DNA of 64,000 nucleotides from Pseudomonadota bacterium (GTDB lineage Bacteria; Pseudomonadota; Alphaproteobacteria; Paracaedibacterales; CAITNM01): NCBI GenBank assembly GCA_046309815.1, contig JBKCOJ010000005.1, positions 263,144 to 327,143 of the forward strand, read 5' to 3'. Shown piece by piece: positions 56,714 to 64,000 of this stretch (position 1 is its first letter; each line of letters starts with the position of its first letter). The notes under the pieces were generated by a model. It saw only the letters and a program-made list of their open reading frames with translations, ran no database searches and was not told where the DNA came from. The position numbers and the translations under genes were made by a program.

Positions 56714-57497
56714 GAGTTTGAAATGTCACAAAAGGTTTAACAGTGATAAGCTCATCTTTAATGCTTGTAATGTTTCCAACCATGATGTCTGGTGGAAAAA
56801 TTCCACCAACACCTGATGTTACTAAAACATCTCCGACAGCAGGGGGGCGTTTAAAATTATTCCTTAAAGTCTCTTTGCTTTGTAGGTATTCTAAAGACAT
56901 TGTTGAGCTGCCATTTCCAATAGCGATAGCATTTTCTCCGGTCTCTAGAATCTTTACAGGCACCCGAGATGTTATGTCCGTGATCAACATAACGCGTAAA
57001 ATTGTATTTGAGGTTTCAACGACTCTACCAACCAATCCTTTCTCGCTAATTGCTACGTCATCTTTTTTTATGGTTGCAGCTTCAATATTGGATGTAATAA
57101 TCTGAGCATCATAAAACCCTATCGGGCAACCGTAAACTCTTACTGAAACTTTATGAAGCTGTTTAGGAAAGTTAAAATTTGTTAGCGGACGCAATTGAGC
57201 AATAATTTTTTGGTTTACGTTTACTTCTAGCTTTGCTTGTTGAAGATCGCTTTCCAGCGTTTCCATTTTTCTTAAACGCTTATTTAACTCAGCTCGAGAT
57301 AAAAACCAATATTTAGTATTTTCGTAACCTTTAGAAATTCTTCGGACAACTTTATTGATGGCGCCTATAGAGTGCAAGAATGTTGAAGATATATTTTGTA
57401 ATGCATAATGCGAATACGGGCTATTAGGTAAATACCAGTAGCTAGTACTTAAGTACAGGACTGCTGCGGTACAAAAAAGGATTAAAATCCTGCGCAC
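56673..57497 (-). CDS. mreC: Rod shape-determining protein MreC
   Basis: N-terminal anchor, coiled coil and a beta-rich domain (GLVGRVVETS ... GGIFPPDIMVG). Confidence 0.85.
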   Translation of the reverse strand: MRRILILFCTAAVLYLSTSYWYLPNSPYSHYALQNISSTFLHSIGAINKVVRRISKGYENTKYWFLSRAELNKRLRKMETLESDLQQAKLEVNVNQKIIAQLRPLTNFNFPKQLHKVSVRVYGCPIGFYDAQIITSNIEAATIKKDDVAISEKGLVGRVVETSNTILRVMLITDITSRVPVKILETGENAIAIGNGSSTMSLEYLQSKETLRNNFKRPPAVGDVLVTSGVGGIFPPDIMVGNITSIKDELITVKPFVTFQTLDVVCILYDPLVL

Positions 57498-57510
57498 TTA
57501 CTAGCGTCAA

Positions 57511-58563
<1,053 letters not shown>

Positions 58564-58619
58564 TTACTAATTGTTATCGTAATGTACTTTGACACGACGA
58601 AAGAATCAAGATTTTGATT

Positions 58620-59759
58620 TCAAATTAATTTTAAAATAATTACAGCGGCTGTTGTGCCATAAAAAGCTAGTTTTTTTAAAATATGTGGGTGCGGATAAAT
58701 TAAAGACATTATAGTAAAAACAATTAATCCGGGATAAATAATGACAAGAATTGGCGTTAAGAAAGCTGATATTCCGGTAAAATCAAGCAAGGATAAAATA
58801 AAGGAAATGCCGCTGGTGATCGCTAAGATGTAACTAAAATTCTTATCCTTTAGCTTAAGAGTTTTGTGCAAAAAGCTAGCGTATAGATTATTTAAAGCGG
58901 TGGCAGTGGTAAGGCATGAAAAGCCCATGGCCAAAGCTATGATAAATGTAGAATAGTGACCAAGTAAGTGTTTTGTTAAAGTAGGCAGCATTTCGGTCGG
59001 TGACACGGATTGAATAACACTTGAATAAGTGGCTCCTAAATACACTAAACTTCCATACGCTAATGCGATAACAGTGGCACCAATAAAACTTGCTTTTGCT
59101 GAAGTCCAAAATATAACTTTAGAGCTTGTATTTTTCGCGCACTGCTGTTCAACATGCTTGAATATAAGTGCTGAAAAAAAGAATCCTGCGATAAGATCCA
59201 TTATCTGATAGCCTTCGATTAGCCCAAGCTCAAAAGCACTTTCAATTGAATGAGGTGAAGATAAAAATGGTGGTGCTTTTATTACTCCAACAATAATAAT
59301 TAAACTTAAAGTTCCAAGCTTAATGGGTGTCATAAATTTACCAATTATATTTAACATGCTTGTATCCTTGAGGCCTACTAGGAAACAAGTGAACGCAAAT
59401 ATTGCGGAGAATATCCACAAGGGTATATGGGGTTCAAGCACATGAAATCCTCCAAAAGCAACAGTGATGCAACGAGGAACGACACCAAAAGAACCTAAAA
59501 GAGACAATAAAATAAGAGGAATAATTATATTTGCTCCGAATCCAAGCTCCTCAAAGAAACGATCATACGAACCTTGATAGCGTTTTATGGCAAAAACGCC
59601 AGCAAAGGGAATGATAATGCCGCTAATAAGTAAACCTAAAAAGCCGAGACTCCAATGACCAAGGCATGCGCTGCCAATTTTCATGGGAAAGACAAGATTC
59701 CCGGAGCCAAAAAACATGGCAAAAATTGAAAAACCAAGGATAAAAATGGAGGTGTGCAT
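58620..59759 (-). CDS. brnQ: Branched-chain amino acid transport carrier (LIVCS family, BrnQ-like)
   Basis: N-terminal FAMFFGSGNLVFPMKIG motif and about 12 TM helices. The MHTSIF start at 59759 avoids overlap with the upstream gene. Confidence 0.75.
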   Translation of the reverse strand: MHTSIFILGFSIFAMFFGSGNLVFPMKIGSACLGHWSLGFLGLLISGIIIPFAGVFAIKRYQGSYDRFFEELGFGANIIIPLILLSLLGSFGVVPRCITVAFGGFHVLEPHIPLWIFSAIFAFTCFLVGLKDTSMLNIIGKFMTPIKLGTLSLIIIVGVIKAPPFLSSPHSIESAFELGLIEGYQIMDLIAGFFFSALIFKHVEQQCAKNTSSKVIFWTSAKASFIGATVIALAYGSLVYLGATYSSVIQSVSPTEMLPTLTKHLLGHYSTFIIALAMGFSCLTTATALNNLYASFLHKTLKLKDKNFSYILAITSGISFILSLLDFTGISAFLTPILVIIYPGLIVFTIMSLIYPHPHILKKLAFYGTTAAVIILKLI

Positions 59760-59772
59760 GGCTGTATCTTTC

Positions 59773-60393
59773 TTAAGATATGAATTCTTGCATTGATTCA
59801 TTAATAGAGCTAAATCTTGCTAAAAGCGGACCTTCGTAAGCTTCATCACCAATGGCAATAGCTGGCATGTCTAAATTTTTGGCGAAATTCCAATCCGTTA
59901 TGCTGTCTCCTACATACACAACCTCGTTGGGCTGTAATTGAAAGTGCTTAAGAGCAATTATTCCCATTTCGGGATGGGGTTTGTCAAAGGTCGCATCCCC
60001 AGACCCCAAAATTAAGTCGTTTGAAATACCAAATCTTTTTACTTCGGATCGCAATAGATCTTTTTTTTTATTGCTAATGATAACAACAATTTTATTGGAT
60101 TTTTTCAATGACTCTATAAGAGATGCTGCCCCATCAAATAATTTAATATTTTCCTTGTTGGCATCAATTGCTTTATAAAAAATTGATAAAGCTTCTTCCC
60201 AACTTTCTCCAAATTGCTCAGGAAAGCTTTCGCGTGAAGAAAGGCGTGCACGAATCTTGACTTCTTCCAAACTGATTTCAGATTTTCCAAAGTGTCTAAG
60301 AACAGCATTGCTGGAATCAAGAAGAACAGGCCAGGTATCAACTAACGTATTGTCCCAATCAAAAAATATAGCTTTAAAATTTCTAAAGGTCAC
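59773..60393 (-). CDS. HAD-superfamily hydrolase (phosphoglycolate phosphatase-like)
   Basis: Motif I FFDWDNTLVDT, motif II IISNK and motif IV VGDSITD. Confidence 0.7.
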   Translation of the reverse strand: MTFRNFKAIFFDWDNTLVDTWPVLLDSSNAVLRHFGKSEISLEEVKIRARLSSRESFPEQFGESWEEALSIFYKAIDANKENIKLFDGAASLIESLKKSNKIVVIISNKKKDLLRSEVKRFGISNDLILGSGDATFDKPHPEMGIIALKHFQLQPNEVVYVGDSITDWNFAKNLDMPAIAIGDEAYEGPLLARFSSINESMQEFIS

Positions 60394-60405
60394 CGAAATT
60401 AGTCT

Positions 60406-62034
60406 CTAAAATGGTCGAGGATCAGATATATACTTGTTAATTAAGCGATGATCTGCCTCATCTATCTTGGAACCATTATCTACGATAGTTGCTCTTAATA
60501 CAATAACAAGTTCAACAATTGTATCTCCTTCAGCTATGCTGCCAGTTAAATCTCGTACTAACGGTATACTTTCTAAACCAGGTAGATTTTGTTCGTGATG
60601 AGAAGAACGCACTTCCATAAGCCCACCTAAAATAGCCATTTCTTTGTTATGTAGTCGCAAAACAGAATCAATTTCTCTTACCTCCACAACGGGAATCATC
60701 GACTGAGTGGGCGAAGTAAGCTTATTTGAGTCAATATTTATCGAGGAGTTAAAGGCAATATCAATAGCAGGGTCTGCTACGGTTTGGGTTAATCGAGAAA
60801 TACTTGGTCTTAAAAACAATAAGATTTCTCCAGTATTAAGATCAATCGATGGTTGCACCAGCATGATTAAGCCAATAGGTACAGTTTGAATATCACTGGA
60901 AACAGTTGTATTTTCTCTATTGTTTAAAGAATTATAGATTTTGTCATAGTTCAGCCTGAAATATACTTTGTTTTGAGCAACTTTTAGTATGGCTGTTTGA
61001 TTATTCATAACGGTGATACGTGGACTTGATAAAGTTCTCACAAAACCAAACTCTTGCAATGAATTGGAGATCGCTGAAAATTTCGATCCACTTGCTCCAA
61101 AACTAATCATATTTGTTTGAGCAGATGTTGGATCAAGGAATGATCCTTTTTGTGCGATGTCGCCAAATCTTGCGTTAAGTTGTAAATCATTTTTTGAATC
61201 AATAATTTGCCAATTGATTCCGCTTCTATATTCATCTTTTAAAGTGACTTCTATAATTTTTGCTTCAATTAAAACCTGGCAGCTAGCTATACGTTTTAAT
61301 TTCTCTAGATAAGAATGCGCTTGCTCGTGTTGTTTTCTATTGGCTCGAATTGTAACAAGCCCTGCTTGTCGATGAATAGAATAAGAGCCTTTTTCTGGTT
61401 CAGATTCGAGAATTGCTTTTAGATTTTGTTCTAATTCTTCCCAAAAATCATTTTTTGCGGTTGCTTTTAAAGCACTTTTTGAAATGTTGTCGTTGATATT
61501 ACTTTTTGCAGGTCCAACACTCGAAAATACATCAGAGGCGACTGCCAGTTGATCCTCACTTATGCGAGATAGGCTTAAAAACTGAACATTATAATTTTGA
61601 GAATAAGGTGTATCTCTTTCTATGCGAATGGAATTATTCACTACGTCATAACGCAGCTTTGCCATTTCGCATATTGATTTTATGACGTCAATGAAAGGGG
61701 TATTTTGCGCGGTAAAAATAACTTTTGCGTCTATAGAATGATCGAGCTGTAGGTCAATATTTGCTTGTCGTGCAAGCTCAACAAGAACACTTTTAAGGGG
61801 AATGCTTTCAGATACGGATATGCAAACTCTTTGCTGCATTTCCTTGGGAATTTTTGGTGTTTCTGGTGACGTTCCGCTTTTTTCGACTAAAAGTTTGGGA
61901 TTAGTTTCTAATGGTTGTACAAGTTCTTTTGCTTCCTTTTTATTTAATGTCGGCATAACTGGATGATGATTAACCATATCTCTACAGCTTGTTAATAAAA
62001 AACACGTAAATAATAAAAAGAAAAACATACGCAT
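60406..62034 (-). CDS. Lipoprotein secretin (type II/type IV pilus secretin family, MshL/PilQ-like)
   Basis: Start MRMFFFLLFTCFLLTSC with lipobox LTSC. C-terminal secretin domain (MAILGGLMEVRSSHHEQNLPGLESIPLVRDL ... ELVIVLRATIV). The ORF-track start at 62172 is an over-extension. Confidence 0.8.
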   Translation of the reverse strand: MRMFFFLLFTCFLLTSCRDMVNHHPVMPTLNKKEAKELVQPLETNPKLLVEKSGTSPETPKIPKEMQQRVCISVSESIPLKSVLVELARQANIDLQLDHSIDAKVIFTAQNTPFIDVIKSICEMAKLRYDVVNNSIRIERDTPYSQNYNVQFLSLSRISEDQLAVASDVFSSVGPAKSNINDNISKSALKATAKNDFWEELEQNLKAILESEPEKGSYSIHRQAGLVTIRANRKQHEQAHSYLEKLKRIASCQVLIEAKIIEVTLKDEYRSGINWQIIDSKNDLQLNARFGDIAQKGSFLDPTSAQTNMISFGASGSKFSAISNSLQEFGFVRTLSSPRITVMNNQTAILKVAQNKVYFRLNYDKIYNSLNNRENTTVSSDIQTVPIGLIMLVQPSIDLNTGEILLFLRPSISRLTQTVADPAIDIAFNSSINIDSNKLTSPTQSMIPVVEVREIDSVLRLHNKEMAILGGLMEVRSSHHEQNLPGLESIPLVRDLTGSIAEGDTIVELVIVLRATIVDNGSKIDEADHRLINKYISDPRPF

Positions 62035-62175
62035 TCTCAGAGATTGATATCTTCTTAGTGAAGCAAAGTAAAAAATCCACTTATAGCTATCAAATTTTAT
62101 AAAATTTTTCTTGATTAACGGGAATTTAATTTTATGTCGGTAAAATAATTTAATAATTTCTAATGTAATCATGAA

Positions 62176-62940
62176 ATGAAGATTTTTATTAATTTTATTG
62201 TTTTGGTAAAATTTTTTACAGTTTGTTTTGCATCAGGTGATGTAGGTTTTTTAGATCCACTGCAAACTATTGATACTTTTATGGGGCCAAGGCAAACAAA
62301 TGTTGAGTGCCACTCTACTTTATATCCTCATATGAATTTAGCGTTGGCAGTAAATTGTCATCCTTATAATCCTAACGATGTTATAGGTGATAAAGCATTT
62401 ATGTGTGTAGCGCACCCACTTGTTATTAAGTACAATCCAGAATTGGTAACGGATATGCTGCCTGAAACTATTAGATCTCGACTTGAATTATTAGGTCATG
62501 AATATCAATTTTTTTTAAACGTGCAGGATAATCCTTGGAATGGAACTCCAGTAGAATTGCGAGCGCACGCATACACAGATTTCTTTCCTGCAATGAATAA
62601 AAATTATATGGGCGTGAGTGTTTTCGTTTGTCGTGCAAATGGGCAGGTATTACTGAATGAAAAAGGCTCAGTATATCCACACGGAGGTATTGCATCACCA
62701 GATAATTTTAAGATTGCTGGATTGGACCATACTAAAAATGAAGATTTTTACAGCTTTGTTACATATCAAGGAAAAACAGTGATAACACGACATATTTTAT
62801 TAACGGTTCCGATGCGAGAAACCTTCCAAGATTGCTTTAGTCATAATTCTGCTTTAGCACCGGAATATTTCACGCAACTTTTAAAAGCTGACTATGACGA
62901 TTTTCTCCTTGAAAAATTTAGTGAACTCCGGTTTTCTTAG
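62176..62940 (+). CDS. Hypothetical secreted protein
   Basis: N-terminal signal-like MKIFINFIVLVKFFTVCFASG. Several Cys and His residues. No recognised family. Divergent from the secretin gene. Confidence 0.4.
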   Translation: MKIFINFIVLVKFFTVCFASGDVGFLDPLQTIDTFMGPRQTNVECHSTLYPHMNLALAVNCHPYNPNDVIGDKAFMCVAHPLVIKYNPELVTDMLPETIRSRLELLGHEYQFFLNVQDNPWNGTPVELRAHAYTDFFPAMNKNYMGVSVFVCRANGQVLLNEKGSVYPHGGIASPDNFKIAGLDHTKNEDFYSFVTYQGKTVITRHILLTVPMRETFQDCFSHNSALAPEYFTQLLKADYDDFLLEKFSELRFS

Positions 62941-62997
62941 TATTTTTTCGATATTATCGTCGTGCATATTCATAACCAGAGAGAAACTCAATTTTGA

Positions 62998-64000
62998 TTA
63001 GAGCGAGGGAGAAAGCTCTTCTTTAATCTTTGTTTTTAAACTCTCAGGGATATATATCCACTTATCAATATGTTGGCGTAAGGATTGCCGCATGAGAGCT
63101 TTTCCTTGCTCAATATTTTTATTATGAATGAGATACAAGCCATCAAGCCATAATGCAAAAGGATCATGCGAATTTTTTGCATACATTCTTTTTATAAAAT
63201 CTTTAGCTTTATCCAGTTGATTGCTTTCAATGAGAGCTTGCACATATGAAACCAATAAGTCACTTCTTTTTGGTGCTTTTTGTTCAATAGCAGCTGCTGC
63301 ACTATCCCAAAGATGCTGTTTTTCAAGGGCAGATCTTTCAAAATATTGTATCCCATGCATCAGAGCTACATCGAGAATTAGAGGACTATTATTTGCTTCA
63401 TAAATCCTAAAAGCCAGATCAAGTTCCTTCATTGTTATTAGTGGCAGATTGGAGGAGTTTACTTTTTTTAAAATAGCTAAAACGAAATGTCCAAGATGCA
63501 TTCCCTTATAATTGTAAGGTCTTTTTAGATCAACAGATGTTGGGAATTTTTTGCTATGAGTAAATTTATAGAAGATAGATTGTTGATTTGATGGATACAA
63601 AACAGCAGTTTGCCAATAGGTTATTGCGGCGTGACCGGATAGAATTGCACTAAAAAAGAGCCAGGTAATGAGGGCAGATATTTGGGTAGTTTTTATTCTG
63701 GGTTGATTGAATACAGAAAAACCTAATATAAAAAAAGGCCACACACAAATTAGAGTGAACCATGTAGATGTTAGGCACCCAAAAAGTATTGTGTATAAAA
63801 ATAAATGAAGTCTATTCTTCTTAGAAGCTTTCTCAGAAAATGGTATGGCAAGTAAGCATAAGTAAAGAATCAAGCCGATGATTCCCAAACTAAATAAAGC
63901 TTCAGTACCCAAATGCATGCAATGGAAATCTAGCCGATCAATTCCATCCCAACTTGGTTTCCATGAGTTGTTATCAAAAAAAGATACGGGAAGATCAAGT
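62998..64000 (-). CDS. O-antigen ligase/Wzy_C-like membrane protein with C-terminal TPR-like domain, N-terminus beyond window
   Basis: The frame stays open upstream of the annotated Met (63918) to the window edge. TM helices are followed by a helical domain. The C-terminal MRQSLRQHIDKWIYIPESL parallels MRQAVNLGLNRYMPVPTEL of the 21432..23369 protein. Confidence 0.5.
   Translation of the reverse strand, partial: LDLPVSFFDNNSWKPSWDGIDRLDFHCMHLGTEALFSLGIIGLILYLCLLAIPFSEKASKKNRLHLFLYTILFGCLTSTWFTLICVWPFFILGFSVFNQPRIKTTQISALITWLFFSAILSGHAAITYWQTAVLYPSNQQSIFYKFTHSKKFPTSVDLKRPYNYKGMHLGHFVLAILKKVNSSNLPLITMKELDLAFRIYEANNSPLILDVALMHGIQYFERSALEKQHLWDSAAAAIEQKAPKRSDLLVSYVQALIESNQLDKAKDFIKRMYAKNSHDPFALWLDGLYLIHNKNIEQGKALMRQSLRQHIDKWIYIPESLKTKIKEELSPSL

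Overview
This is a low-GC alphaproteobacterial chromosome segment, densely coded and apparently close to the replication origin. I saw no transposase, integrase, CRISPR array or rRNA. Left part: hslO (partial), rsmG, parA and parB carry two perfect parS palindromes. tRNA-Tyr follows, then a translationally coupled four-gene type VI secretion module (tssK-tssL-tssM-tssA). No sheath, tube, spike, TssE/F/G, ClpV or TssJ gene is in the window. Next come hemH and hemE, then an AT-rich intergenic region with five DnaA boxes that fits the hemE-linked oriC known from alphaproteobacteria. The rest is mainly housekeeping: lnt, a HemY-like/Mic60-like pair, an ABC importer, comM, rnhA, tolC-rhodanese-pcm, rpoH, rph, hfq, rnhB, rlmB, lpdA, rplU-rpmA-obg, mreBCD-mrdA-rodA and brnQ. 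Two separated flagellar blocks interrupt it: flgI-flgJ-flgN-flgK-flgL-fliW and fliQ-fliR-flhB. There are three tRNAs (Tyr, Cys, Leu). Several signal-peptide proteins of unknown function are present. Among them are a CheD-like Cys/His motif protein, a 2H phosphoesterase, a Met/Gln- and Lys-rich tandem-repeat protein, a His/Ala-rich protein and an orphan lipoprotein secretin. Best candidates for follow-up: the stand-alone T6SS membrane/baseplate module, FlgI with a roughly 160-aa Pro/Thr/Ala-rich insertion, and the secreted enzyme-like proteins. All calls rest on motif reading and recalled family knowledge. No database search or numerical computation was possible.
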